From a virus, in the IMG/VR virus record IMGVR_UViG_3300025141_000026: DNA of 64,000 nucleotides, one strand, 5' to 3'. The translations under genes and the position numbers were made by a program. The notes beneath the pieces were generated by a model, which was given only the letters and a program-made list of their open reading frames with translations, searched no databases and was not told the DNA's origin. This document shows positions 10,421 through 19,928 of this stretch, in pieces; position 1 is the first letter of the stretch, and every line of letters starts with the position of its first letter.

Positions 10421-10660
10421 TTATCTTCCCCTCTCTAATTGTAATTCTTTTGCCTTTTTATTGGCTACTTCTCTTTCGTGCGCTCTTTTTCGAGCTTGTC
10501 TAATTCTTCTATTTTTATCAGATTTTTTTTCGTGAAACTTGCGTTCCCTAATTTCTTCCATTACTCCGGATTTTTTTACTTTTCTAATAAATCTCTTTAT
10601 CATCCTTTCTGGATGCTCTCCGGGTCTTAAAGTAACTTCTACATTAACTGGTTTAGCCAT
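10421..10660 (-). CDS. rpsU: Ribosomal protein bS21 homolog
   Basis: 79-aa basic protein V.LRPGE..ERMIKRFIRKVKKSGVMEEIRERKFHEKKS..RR matches the bS21 pattern. Confidence 0.88.
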   Translation of the reverse strand: MAKPVNVEVTLRPGEHPERMIKRFIRKVKKSGVMEEIRERKFHEKKSDKNRRIRQARKRAHEREVANKKAKELQLERGR

Positions 10661-11078
10661 TTTTTATTTCTCTCCAAGTGTCGCCAAATATTCCTGCGAG
10701 ATCAGATATATCAACACCGGGGTCGCGTGGATCTACTCCACTTAGTGCCCCTTTTGGGTTTGTTGTTCCAACTTCTCCCGCTGCTGACAGGGGGTTTGTT
10801 CCTTCAAAAACGTTAACCCCGTTCATAGAATCTCTGCCGATTGCATCTAACATTTTTTGTCTCTGCTCTTTTAGGTTTGATAAAGCCTCAGACTCTCTTT
10901 TATTTACAGAGGGCTGTGTAATCTCCTTTTTAGGTTGTTCCACAATTGTCTCTGTAGATGATAACCCCAGAGCAACCTCTGAAATAACTTTGGACAAAAC
11001 GCCATCCTCCAAAAGAGACTCTTGTATGCACTCTTTTACAATGGGTTTTATCAGTCTTTTGAGATCCGATTTTCTCAT
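10653..11078 (-). CDS. Hypothetical head-associated protein
   Basis: N-terminus MRKSDLKRLIKPIVKECIQE resembles the leader on 28813-29723; located in the head module. Confidence 0.6.
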   Translation of the reverse strand: MRKSDLKRLIKPIVKECIQESLLEDGVLSKVISEVALGLSSTETIVEQPKKEITQPSVNKRESEALSNLKEQRQKMLDAIGRDSMNGVNVFEGTNPLSAAGEVGTTNPKGALSGVDPRDPGVDISDLAGIFGDTWREIKNG

Positions 11079-11681
11079 TTAGTCCTCCAAGACATAATTC
11101 AAAGCACGATTGATTCTATCTGCTTTCGTAAATATTTGTTTTTCAACGCCTTCCTGCAATCCCATATAAGCGCCGGGTGTTGATGGTTCAGAAACAAAGT
11201 CAAAACAAATGAGTTGAAAATCTTCTTGAACCGTTACGGTGCCATTTGTACCTTCAGATACAGAACCAAGACCTCTAGAGGAAATGCCTAGAGAGACACC
11301 GGAGTCAACCAAAGATCGAAGAACGTTGCCTGATGGGGTATCTAATACTTTGACCTTACCCATGACAGAGTTTCCATCCCACCACACATCTGTAACAAGG
11401 TGGGAAGCGTTCTTAAGATTGATTACGGAATCATCTGGGTGGTCTAATTCACCCAAAGCCCTTCGTTCTTTGACAAGCTTGTCATAGTTTTGCATCTCGC
11501 GACGTAATACCTTTTGAGGATATACTCTGCCATTTCCATTTTGAACTTCAGCCTCTTGTAACTTACCGGTAAGAATCATTCCCCCATTAGATACAAATTT
11601 CTTTTCTTCTTCCGTGAGGAGATCTTGGCAAACACCACCTTCACAAAGTTCATAATATTCTCTCAAAAGTTTCTTTGACAT
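11079..11681 (-). CDS. Prohead protease (gp21-like, S77)
   Basis: NGNGRVYP, ALGELDHP, NASH, GISSRGLGS, DFVSEPSTPGA motifs. Confidence 0.95.
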   Translation of the reverse strand: MSKKLLREYYELCEGGVCQDLLTEEEKKFVSNGGMILTGKLQEAEVQNGNGRVYPQKVLRREMQNYDKLVKERRALGELDHPDDSVINLKNASHLVTDVWWDGNSVMGKVKVLDTPSGNVLRSLVDSGVSLGISSRGLGSVSEGTNGTVTVQEDFQLICFDFVSEPSTPGAYMGLQEGVEKQIFTKADRINRALNYVLED

Positions 11682-11716
11682 AATCTATTTCCTTATACGG
11701 GCGTGACCCGTCTGAG

Positions 11717-11767
11717 CTAGGACCCTTTACAACATCTTCTAACTGGTTGTAATTTCCAACGCTTCAT
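11717..11767 (-). CDS. Possible 16-aa peptide MKRWKLQPVRRCCKGS
   Basis: ATG preceded by GGAGGA; fills the gap between two genes and is followed by a hairpin. Confidence 0.45.
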   Translation of the reverse strand: MKRWKLQPVRRCCKGS

Positions 11768-11768
11768 G

Positions 11769-12077
11769 TTATCCTCCGTTGATTTTTATACCAGAATCAT
11801 CAAAAATCATGCTAATAATATATGATGTTCCAGAAGCTAGCCAACCTAGAATCAATAAATTGGCGATATTATAATCAAATGTAAATAGTTCTGTAAAACC
11901 GTTTATACCAAACAAAAAGACTCCAGCCCAGAAGCCTGTGCACATGGGGCAATGAACGAGCTTGCCAAGCCATTCAGACTTCTCTAGAATGTACTCTCTT
12001 TGTTTTTCAAATATGCTGCCGTAGACTAGGATTTGAGTCAATCCGTATGAAGTGAGAATAAAATATAAAAGTTCCAA
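11769..12077 (-). CDS. Small CxxC membrane protein (DUF1360-like)
   Basis: Three hydrophobic segments with CPMCTGFW. Likely start is TTG at 12077 with GAGGT upstream; the ORF-track start at 12173 overlaps the upstream gene. Confidence 0.55.
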   Translation of the reverse strand: MELLYFILTSYGLTQILVYGSIFEKQREYILEKSEWLGKLVHCPMCTGFWAGVFLFGINGFTELFTFDYNIANLLILGWLASGTSYIISMIFDDSGIKINGG

Positions 12078-12090
12078 AATACCTCTCTTG

Positions 12091-12651
12091 TTATCTGTAT
12101 TCGTAATATAACCCGTATGGAGCCATGCCGGGGAAGATTGAGCCTTTTGTTTCCTCTTGTGGGACCTCTCCAAGCTCAGTGGAGTGTTCTGCGTCTGGTT
12201 CGATCAACTCTTCTTCAAATTGATCATGATGTGCTTTCACATATTCGTAGTATGGCTTTTCTTCTTCTAAAAATTTAGAAATGTTGTACAAAACACTTTG
12301 AGTGGAATCGACGCCTTCCACTTTTGATTCTGGTATTACGCCCTCCAAGGAGTTATATACATTACCTCCTTGCACGGAATCTAATTGTATGACTCCTTTA
12401 TTTCTTAAGAAAGAAAATAATCGATCTTGAGCTTCGTAGACATGCTTGCTGTGCGTTTCTTTGGCAAAAGATACAACCTTATTAGTCTCAGGTAAAATAG
12501 CAATATCAATCTCTGGGTGGTCAAAAATCATATAATTTCCATCCAGAGTCTTTCTAATGTTCATAGAAACAGTTGCTTGGGGCTCTTGCTTAACCTCTTC
12601 TTGTGGTGCTTCTTTTTGGGCGGCTGCGCCTATTTTTAGTGTTAGTGCCAT
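12091..12651 (-). CDS. Hypothetical head-module protein
   Basis: 186-aa ORF coupled to the upstream gene by a TAATG overlap. Confidence 0.7.
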   Translation of the reverse strand: MALTLKIGAAAQKEAPQEEVKQEPQATVSMNIRKTLDGNYMIFDHPEIDIAILPETNKVVSFAKETHSKHVYEAQDRLFSFLRNKGVIQLDSVQGGNVYNSLEGVIPESKVEGVDSTQSVLYNISKFLEEEKPYYEYVKAHHDQFEEELIEPDAEHSTELGEVPQEETKGSIFPGMAPYGLYYEYR

Positions 12652-13475
12652 TAGTCTTGTATCTCTCTAGCTAAGTTTTGCACTCTCAAGACTTTCTTTA
12701 CCATATCCATTGATACGGGGCTTTCCTTAAAAGACTCAAGAATATTGAAAATTGCTTTGCTCTTTTGAAGCATTTCTGTGTCCTCTGATATTTCTTTTAC
12801 ATCGCTGCTTTCGGAAAGAACATTTTTCAATCTTCCGATTTCCTCATTCAAGTATATGTTCAAATCAAGACCATTGTCTGAAAAGGACATGACATATTTT
12901 TTAAGTAGCTTCTTTTGCTCCTCGTGCAGTTCTGCTGATTCGTATTGCTTATTGTATCGCTCAACAAATTTTTTGATTATTAAATTATCGACCTTGCCGC
13001 TCTTGCTTTCTGTCAATTCATTAGAAGAGGTTAGTGTATCTAGAATTGTAGCCTCTAACAAGACTTTCTTTTTTGGGGACAACGAATCATTGAATATTTG
13101 ATGTATTGTTGCTATGCTTTTATAATTTGGCACGAATTGAGAAAATACATCAGGCGTAAGTTCTTTATTGATTTTATTGATTAGAGCACTTTGCTCTTGA
13201 AATATTTTATCTTTGTCCAATTGATTGTACTGACCCTTTGCCTCATAAATCAATTTTTCAGCAATGTACGGCTCAAGCCCTGAATTTTCTTGTAAGGATT
13301 TATAAATTTCTAATTCTTTTTTCAGGAGGGTGCCTTTTCCAAAATGTTCCTTAACAATCTTGCTGATTTTTATTCCATGATCAGATCTTTTCTGTATGAC
13401 GGATTTTGTCAACTCCCTGACCAAAACCTCAAACAAGAATGCGGTATTTCTTTTTTTATTATGCTTTAGCTTCAT
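12651..13475 (-). CDS. Hypothetical protein downstream of portal (KHNKKRNT N-terminus)
   Basis: 274-aa helical ORF overlapping the portal 3' end. Confidence 0.7.
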   Translation of the reverse strand: MKLKHNKKRNTAFLFEVLVRELTKSVIQKRSDHGIKISKIVKEHFGKGTLLKKELEIYKSLQENSGLEPYIAEKLIYEAKGQYNQLDKDKIFQEQSALINKINKELTPDVFSQFVPNYKSIATIHQIFNDSLSPKKKVLLEATILDTLTSSNELTESKSGKVDNLIIKKFVERYNKQYESAELHEEQKKLLKKYVMSFSDNGLDLNIYLNEEIGRLKNVLSESSDVKEISEDTEMLQKSKAIFNILESFKESPVSMDMVKKVLRVQNLAREIQD

Positions 13476-15396
13476 TATCTTTGGACTCCAATTCGTTTAT
13501 AAGCTTCTTTATTTCTGTATTTACTTCAAAAACTTTTTTTTCTTCGCTTTCATAATTAGCTTCTCGACCTTCGTAAATTCCTTTTGCAAGTTCAAAACCC
13601 GGAAGAATGTCTCTAACACTTCCAATGCTGTCTCCAGCATATTTACTCTTCATGTTTCTTTTGCGATGCCCAGCAGGGTTTTTACTTATGCGCGGAGTGT
13701 AATGCTTTCCTTTTGATTTAGCAGTTGTGGTCATGGTCCTGCCGCTGTCATCTCTTTTAGCTGGAAGTTCTTCTCCGCCGGCGTCAGGTGTTGCTAAGAG
13801 AACGTCATCTTCTCCACCACCCTCGTCGCCTCCAAGGTCTTCGCCACCTCCAAGATCCTCGTCACCCCCAAGGTCGTCGCCTCCAAGGTCTTCTTCACCA
13901 CCTAAGTCGCCACCCATGTCTCCTCCGCCGCCAGCACCTTCGGCAGCAACAGCCTCACCAGCGGCATCAAGAAGAGCTTGTACTTTTCTGTCGTGGAACA
14001 TTTCTCTCTGGACTCGTAGAAACTCCTCATCAGACAAGTTAAAGATGTTTTGTGCAACCCAACGCTTGCTAAAGAACCCTTCTGTTGCGTTAGAAGCAAT
14101 TTCAAATTTAGTTCTCCAGTGTTCAAGCTCTTGTAACTCAGCGATTCTAGAAGGGTTGTTTAGGTATAGCTTGAAAGAAATAAGATCCTCTTGTCTAAAA
14201 CCGAGGGTATAGAGGTGGATGATGCCTATCTTTTCAAGCTCAGTTATAATTGCTCTTTGTAATCTTTGAATGGTTCTGGCAAAGCGAATATCCTTTTGAG
14301 CCAAAGTTGTTTTATCTTCAGCGCCCTCATCTGAAGTTGTCAGATAAGCAGCAGGAATCTTAATTGCTGAAAAAAGTTTGTCTCTCAGGTACTTTACATC
14401 ATCAATATCTCCTGTGTAGCTTCCTCCAGCCAAAGTTTCTATTTTAGAACTTACGTTTCCTCTCGTTGGTATAAAATAATCTTCCTCAACAGACATTGGA
14501 TTATACCTCAGATCAACTCTACCCGTTGCCGGGTCAACAACTTGGTTACGCTTCATCTGAGTCATCACTTTTTGCATGTATTGCTCGATATCTTGCGGAG
14601 CTATATTGCCAACATCAATGTAAAATACACGGCGTTCGGGGGAGCGAACAATTCGGTAAGCCATCATTGCATCTTCAAGGAGGGTGAGTTGCCTCCAGAT
14701 TCTCCGTGCAGGTTCTAATACTGATGTGCCGTATGGAGCATACTTGTCGTTACCTAAAATCCTGAAATGCCCCATTTGCCAGTTCTCAAATGTGAGACCA
14801 CCCGAGTTCCATTGGTATTGGACATAATTCGGATTTGTTTTATCTTCACCTTCGAGTCTTTCAATTTCAGCAGTTGGCAAACCAATTACATTCGTAATTC
14901 CCATCTTTTCATCAATATCAAGATAAAGAAAGTAATCACCAAACTTGCACATTGTTCTGCACCAGCCGAACAAATTATGATCAATGTTTAGGACATTGTG
15001 GTACAATGTCTCTAGAACGGCTTTGATTTCATCATTTGAACAATCAATACGCAAAAGTTCTTGCAGTTCCGAAGATGTCGTCATTTCATCGGCGTAGATA
15101 TCCATTGCAGAAGCCAACTCGGGCATATATTCCATTTGATCAAAATCAGCGTACCTTTCTGCTCTGCTAATGCTCCCCATTACAGAATTCATTGGATAAC
15201 CACTCAGTGGCTCATAGGAGGCTTTCTTGAACGACATCCCGCTGGCTGATGTGAAGTCATATTTGTTCAACTGTGCCCTGCGAAGTCTACGGGGGGTTTG
15301 AGCACGATAATTTACGATTGGTCCAGAAAAAAGTCTGGTTAATCTTTTGAAAAGTGGAGAATTTGCTTGTCTTGGGTTTTTATGTTGGTCAACCAT
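13459..15396 (-). CDS. Portal protein (gp20-like)
   Basis: YGTSVLEPARR.WRQL.LLEDAMMAYRIVRSPERRVFYIDVGN, EDYFIP, DDVKYLRDKLF motifs. Confidence 0.95.
   Translation of the reverse strand: MVDQHKNPRQANSPLFKRLTRLFSGPIVNYRAQTPRRLRRAQLNKYDFTSASGMSFKKASYEPLSGYPMNSVMGSISRAERYADFDQMEYMPELASAMDIYADEMTTSSELQELLRIDCSNDEIKAVLETLYHNVLNIDHNLFGWCRTMCKFGDYFLYLDIDEKMGITNVIGLPTAEIERLEGEDKTNPNYVQYQWNSGGLTFENWQMGHFRILGNDKYAPYGTSVLEPARRIWRQLTLLEDAMMAYRIVRSPERRVFYIDVGNIAPQDIEQYMQKVMTQMKRNQVVDPATGRVDLRYNPMSVEEDYFIPTRGNVSSKIETLAGGSYTGDIDDVKYLRDKLFSAIKIPAAYLTTSDEGAEDKTTLAQKDIRFARTIQRLQRAIITELEKIGIIHLYTLGFRQEDLISFKLYLNNPSRIAELQELEHWRTKFEIASNATEGFFSKRWVAQNIFNLSDEEFLRVQREMFHDRKVQALLDAAGEAVAAEGAGGGGDMGGDLGGEEDLGGDDLGGDEDLGGGEDLGGDEGGGEDDVLLATPDAGGEELPAKRDDSGRTMTTTAKSKGKHYTPRISKNPAGHRKRNMKSKYAGDSIGSVRDILPGFELAKGIYEGREANYESEEKKVFEVNTEIKKLINELESKDNEAKA
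13812..13932 (-). repeat. Degenerate ~18-nt tandem repeats encoding GG(D/E)(E/D)DL in the portal C-terminus
   Basis: Protein reads GGDMGGDLGGEEDLGGDDLGGDEDLGGGEDLGGDEGGGE. Confidence 0.8.
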
Positions 15397-15402
15397 TTAT
15401 TT

Positions 15403-17007
15403 CTATCCTTTGTAGAGCCATTCAAACTGCTGCTGTTCTTTTATTTTATCACCTTTTTTCACTTCTTTATACCCCTTTTGCCCCGGTATAGTGGTGTTGA
15501 GTGATGTTTTGGTAGAGATCATAGAACTAATAAACGCTTTATTATATTCCATAGCTCTTTTATTTGTTGCTAGTGCAGTATCTTTTACCCAACAAGCAAT
15601 TGCGATACTCATGGTCAAATCATCATTATAACCTCGCATCGCCTGAGCCCTACCATTATTCCAAATAAAAGTTCTCAGTTCATTAACTAAGCGAACTGAA
15701 CGTAAAGTAATTAGTTGATTTCTTACGAATTCCTCTAGTTTAGCGATAATTAGTGGTCTAGTTTTCATTGACGTAGTAAAACCAGCCACAGTGTTGGATT
15801 GATGCTCTGCAATCACTTGCTCGATATATTCATGAGTGGACTTGACTGAGTAGTACAAGTTGGGATATTCATATTCATTTGTTAGTTTTTCCAATACAGA
15901 AAAGCCAATATTGTTATTCTCAACCACAACGAGGCATTCACCATATTCTCTTCCGGTTTGGCTTAAGAGACTAGCGTACATTTCCAGATTTGGCTTTCCT
16001 TGATATTCAGCTACCTGCTCCATGGTGTCTACGTTAATAACATGAAAAGCAGAGTGGTCTCTCCCATCGCCTCTCGCGACGTCAGCCACCAACACGTAAC
16101 TAGCGCCAGTTTGATATGGCTCCCAGATCCACAAGTTTCTATCAAAGCCTGTTTTATATTTTGGTTCGCAAATAGTATGCTCTTCCATATTACTAATATC
16201 TTCTGGGTGTATGACGGATTCGCCAGACGTATTGAAATTGCACTCAAGCTCTTGAGCAATCTGCCTTCGAGACATATTCCGAGTTTCTTTATCGAACCAC
16301 TGCTTATCTCTATCTGGATGTGCATCCCATGGTAACACTGTTGGATGAAAATCATTATTTTGTGTCTCTGAGTCGGAATAGGTCTGGTGGAACCAGTTAC
16401 CAACACCATTAGGGGTAGAAAGTGCGATGCAACGACCACCGGTGGACAGTGTGGGATACAAACCAGTCCATAATTCATCTAGACCCTCGACGTGGGCTGC
16501 CTCATCAACAACAAGTAATGACAGTGCTTCCGAACGACCGGCGTCACCAGATGTCGAAGAAGCTTTGATCTGGGATCCATTACTAAGCTCAAATGACGCT
16601 CTATTGTCAATTGAAACGTCAGCTATTCGGACCCATGGGGGAAGGTTTTTTATCATGCTTTTTACCTTTTTTACAAGGTTTGTTGCGGTTCCAAATTTGG
16701 TTGCAATAACAAGAATGTTTTTATCTCGGTGAAACACCATCATCCAAGCAACATAGGCGGCAACAATGGTAGAGATACCAAGCTGTCTTGCTTTTAGAAC
16801 GATATTGAATCGATAATCATTAAAGTCTTCTAGCAGATCTGCTTGAAAGTCAAAGGTCTTGAAAGGTATTTGCCCTTCAAGGGGGTGTGAAATTTTTACA
16901 TAATTGTTTATGAAGTGTGTGGGGTCTTTGCCACATTTGATAATCTCTTGGACTATTTGTTTTTTCGATAATTGGTATCCAGCCATCTCATGACCTTTGT
17001 TCTTCAA
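15403..17007 (-). CDS. Terminase large subunit (gp17-like); start may be ATG at 16986
   Basis: KARQLGIST Walker A, LLVVDEAAH Walker B, STPNG motif, ADVARGDG.D nuclease motif, NDDLTM. Confidence 0.95.
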   Translation of the reverse strand: MKNKGHEMAGYQLSKKQIVQEIIKCGKDPTHFINNYVKISHPLEGQIPFKTFDFQADLLEDFNDYRFNIVLKARQLGISTIVAAYVAWMMVFHRDKNILVIATKFGTATNLVKKVKSMIKNLPPWVRIADVSIDNRASFELSNGSQIKASSTSGDAGRSEALSLLVVDEAAHVEGLDELWTGLYPTLSTGGRCIALSTPNGVGNWFHQTYSDSETQNNDFHPTVLPWDAHPDRDKQWFDKETRNMSRRQIAQELECNFNTSGESVIHPEDISNMEEHTICEPKYKTGFDRNLWIWEPYQTGASYVLVADVARGDGRDHSAFHVINVDTMEQVAEYQGKPNLEMYASLLSQTGREYGECLVVVENNNIGFSVLEKLTNEYEYPNLYYSVKSTHEYIEQVIAEHQSNTVAGFTTSMKTRPLIIAKLEEFVRNQLITLRSVRLVNELRTFIWNNGRAQAMRGYNDDLTMSIAIACWVKDTALATNKRAMEYNKAFISSMISTKTSLNTTIPGQKGYKEVKKGDKIKEQQQFEWLYKG

Positions 17008-18001
17008 ATAGTTTTGCTAATTGATTTTTAGTGTATCCTCTGCGATTAAGTTGTCTAGCCAACATCTTGGTGGTTCTACTGATGAGCTTTTGGAGCTTTT
17101 GTTCGTCACGCACAATGTTTTGTAGCCCGGAATCTTTGCTCAACAATTCTTCATTATCAATTAGAAATCTAGCGACAATCTTTCCTATTGTTGTTGCATC
17201 TTTTTCATAGCCTACAAGATTGCATTTATCGTGCGGCTCTGACCGATCTGGAAATTTGTCAGCACTTGAGGCAAACTCTCCGCCGGAGATTGGTTTGCAG
17301 GAGTCGGGGTTAACTCTTTGAGCCACTGTGGAGTCATTTTGGTTTTCAGGGTCTAATACAACGACTGAGGTTTTCTTTCCTTTGTCGGTAGTGTACACAT
17401 ATGATTTGCCTTTTTGTACCTGCTCCTGTTCGTGTAGCATTGTTGCAACTTCAGCAACCGGTATCTTTTTACCGCCCAAATATTTTGCAACCTGTTGTGC
17501 GATAGCCACGGCAGACGCTTTATCAAGTCCCGCTTGCTGGAAATATTGCGCTAAACTTGTTTCGCCTTTTTGTCCGGGTCTTACAACAGAAACTGGTGTC
17601 TTCTTGCCGGGAGCCGAGGCTGCCCTTTTTGCACCTTGCTCACCAGAACATTTATCAATAGGCTTGCCAGCTTGGTCGGCAAAGGCTTCTGGCTTTGCTG
17701 CAAATTCACTTCCTTTTTTCGGAGCACATGTGTTGGGATCGATCTTTATGGCTGCTGTGTAACCATTATCATTTTCCGGATCAACAACCGTTACAGCAGA
17801 TTTGTTTCCAGTTTTTGATGTGTATACAAAGCTGTCGCCTTTTTCAATGTTGTCTTCACTGCCCTCTTCAGCGTCAGACGGTTTATCGCCTTCGTCATCG
17901 CCTTCTCCGGAGCCTTTTACTCTGCCCACGGCGGCTTTGAACCTATCAAGGAAGCCTCTTACGTCTTCCTCTATCATTTCTCTTGTTAGTTGATCGCTCA
18001 T
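16988..18001 (-). CDS. Hypothetical protein with a duplicated ~65-aa domain
   Basis: Two KG.S.VYT...G.K..V.V.DPEN.N...C.P..G.EFA...F...DKC repeats. Confidence 0.75.
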   Translation of the reverse strand: MSDQLTREMIEEDVRGFLDRFKAAVGRVKGSGEGDDEGDKPSDAEEGSEDNIEKGDSFVYTSKTGNKSAVTVVDPENDNGYTAAIKIDPNTCAPKKGSEFAAKPEAFADQAGKPIDKCSGEQGAKRAASAPGKKTPVSVVRPGQKGETSLAQYFQQAGLDKASAVAIAQQVAKYLGGKKIPVAEVATMLHEQEQVQKGKSYVYTTDKGKKTSVVVLDPENQNDSTVAQRVNPDSCKPISGGEFASSADKFPDRSEPHDKCNLVGYEKDATTIGKIVARFLIDNEELLSKDSGLQNIVRDEQKLQKLISRTTKMLARQLNRRGYTKNQLAKLFEEQRS

Positions 18002-18597
18002 ACTTTATATAAATCCTTGAGAGTTTGACCGCCTTCATCTTTAGAAGAGTAGTTGCTAGGCTTCTTTGCACCCGAATAAGAGTCCTTTGCTGTCTGCATA
18101 AAATTCTTGATGGCTGAATTGAGATCTTTAATTTGTGGATCTTTGTTTCTATCCACCTCCTCGACGCCAAGAACATCGCCCAAACCACCAATTTTGTAGT
18201 GTTGCTGTGCAGTAACATCGGTTCTTTGTCTAGAAATGCTTTGAACAAGAATATTTATCTCGCCATCTTTAGTCAAAGAGAGTGATTCGCCAGTGACTTT
18301 CTTGTATTCTTTAGCCAAAAACTTTTTAATGTTTTCAATCATAGAAGCAATGTCGCTTTCAAATTTATTATCTTGGTGTACTTCCTTTAGAGGATACTCG
18401 GATTGATAGCTGATTTTTAGACGGTTGCCAGCGATTGTACATCCAAACCCATCCATAACTCTCCTATCTGTGATCTTTACTTCTTCTTCTCTTCTCAAGC
18501 CAACTTTGATTGGCTCTCCATTTTCATCCAGTGCTCCATCATATGAGTTAGCGAGCACCTGTGAGATTCCTCTTACAATTTCTAAAGCTGTTGCCAT
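17998..18597 (-). CDS. Hypothetical protein
   Basis: 199-aa ORF with GAGGAG RBS and an upstream late-type motif. Confidence 0.7.
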   Translation of the reverse strand: MATALEIVRGISQVLANSYDGALDENGEPIKVGLRREEEVKITDRRVMDGFGCTIAGNRLKISYQSEYPLKEVHQDNKFESDIASMIENIKKFLAKEYKKVTGESLSLTKDGEINILVQSISRQRTDVTAQQHYKIGGLGDVLGVEEVDRNKDPQIKDLNSAIKNFMQTAKDSYSGAKKPSNYSSKDEGGQTLKDLYKV

Positions 18598-19007
18598 TAT
18601 TTTTCTCCTCGACTATAGTAATTAGATAAAAACTCTACTCTTTCATCTATGTTTAGCCACCTTTGTTCTTTGCCTTCGACGAATTTTAAGTAGCAACGAT
18701 GGCAGCAATCGTACTTATTCATATAAACGTCGTCCTTTTGCTCAAAGGAATAAACAAAGCATGCAGGGCATGTCCTATCTTCCTTGTTAGTAAGTAGTTT
18801 TTTTGAAACAAAAAAACCATTTGCTTGAATTTTCTCATCATATGTGCTGTTTTGAAGTTCTTTCTTATGTATTTGTTTTATTTCTTCAAGATATTTTTGC
18901 TCTTTTTCTTGAGTCCAAACAGATCTTGGGTTTTGTATTGTTTCTGCGCCGTACTTCTTGGCAATTGCTTGTTCTAATCTAGCAATGTAATTTAGATCTT
19001 TCTTCAT
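18597..19007 (-). CDS. Hypothetical protein with Cys cluster (CxxC...CCxxC)
   Basis: CPAC and CCHRC motifs suggest Zn binding. Confidence 0.65.
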   Translation of the reverse strand: MKKDLNYIARLEQAIAKKYGAETIQNPRSVWTQEKEQKYLEEIKQIHKKELQNSTYDEKIQANGFFVSKKLLTNKEDRTCPACFVYSFEQKDDVYMNKYDCCHRCYLKFVEGKEQRWLNIDERVEFLSNYYSRGEK

Positions 19008-19016
19008 ATTGGGTGA

Positions 19017-19928
19017 TTATACTTCTATTTTATCTAGCTTTTCACTTATAAGTTTTAATTTATTTTCTAAATCGGATATCTTTTTATCTTGTTCTTTTAC
19101 GCCCTCGACCAAAAAAGAAATAATGCGTATGTAATCCATACTATTAGCAAATTCAGAGTCGGCTGACCACTCTACAATTTCTGGTAATACTTTTCCGACC
19201 TCTTCTGCAATGAAGCCATAATCCTTTTTCCCTGTGTCCTTCCAATTATAAGAAACTCCATTGAGTTTGTTGAGAGTTCTGATCGGATTGTCTAAAGGTT
19301 CTATATTTTTTTTGAACCTGATAGAAGAATAGGAGACAAAAGCATTCGCCTTGACTTTTCCAGACACGTCGCTCGTGTCCGGTAGGGTTAGCCCATGAGT
19401 GGCAGATGGTGTGCCGATTGCTAAATGCTTGTCTATGTGGATAACCGCTCCGGACAAAACAAGCCCTCCAGTGGAGGAACCTGATATAACTAAAGAGTTT
19501 GTGTCACTGTAAAATATTCTTGCCTCATTGTTTGGACCAAAATTAAATGAACCTGCGGATCCGGTGCTTGTAAACTGAAGTTCTCCTCCAATTTTGAGGG
19601 GGGACGCACCCTCTAAAGTTCCAGCAATTTGAATTGTAGAACCTGACAGCACAATTCCGTTGCTTGACCCGGAAATCACTAGGAAGTCATCGCCATTTTC
19701 ATTATACTCTATGAAGGCATCATCATTGGTTCCAAAGACCAACTTAGTATCATCGGAGATTTTTAAGTCTGTTTCATCAAAGGTGAAAGATGGGACACCA
19801 CGAGAGGCTCCAGATCGATTGTACTGTATTTGCTCACTATCTCCACCCGCAGCAGTGCTGTCAAAAGCTTGCTCTTTTCTACGAATGTAATTTTGAAGCT
19901 GTCCAAGGGTTCTAAATCTTCTAGCCAT
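19017..19928 (-). CDS. Fibre-like protein with C-terminal intramolecular chaperone (peptidase S74)
   Basis: SSIRFKKNIE..LNKLNGVSYNWK..YGFIAEEV..LPEIV followed by a coiled coil. Confidence 0.85.
   Translation of the reverse strand: MARRFRTLGQLQNYIRRKEQAFDSTAAGGDSEQIQYNRSGASRGVPSFTFDETDLKISDDTKLVFGTNDDAFIEYNENGDDFLVISGSSNGIVLSGSTIQIAGTLEGASPLKIGGELQFTSTGSAGSFNFGPNNEARIFYSDTNSLVISGSSTGGLVLSGAVIHIDKHLAIGTPSATHGLTLPDTSDVSGKVKANAFVSYSSIRFKKNIEPLDNPIRTLNKLNGVSYNWKDTGKKDYGFIAEEVGKVLPEIVEWSADSEFANSMDYIRIISFLVEGVKEQDKKISDLENKLKLISEKLDKIEV

Noticed and set aside
9998-10423. In-frame stop-then-ATG junctions (TAG-TGA-ATG at 10001; TAA-ATG at 10421) as read-through sites
   Set aside because: One is a double stop and the other is TAA, with no AGUU hairpin. 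They do show that in-frame adjacency alone is not evidence of recoding, a caveat for the 29610 site.
3242-11719. TAG recoding (code 15 or pyrrolysine)
   Set aside because: TAG ends full-length genes (3242, 10004), and coding density is already high without recoding.
15403-17007. Intein or intron in terminase or primase
   Set aside because: Lengths are normal and no splicing or homing-endonuclease motifs were seen.
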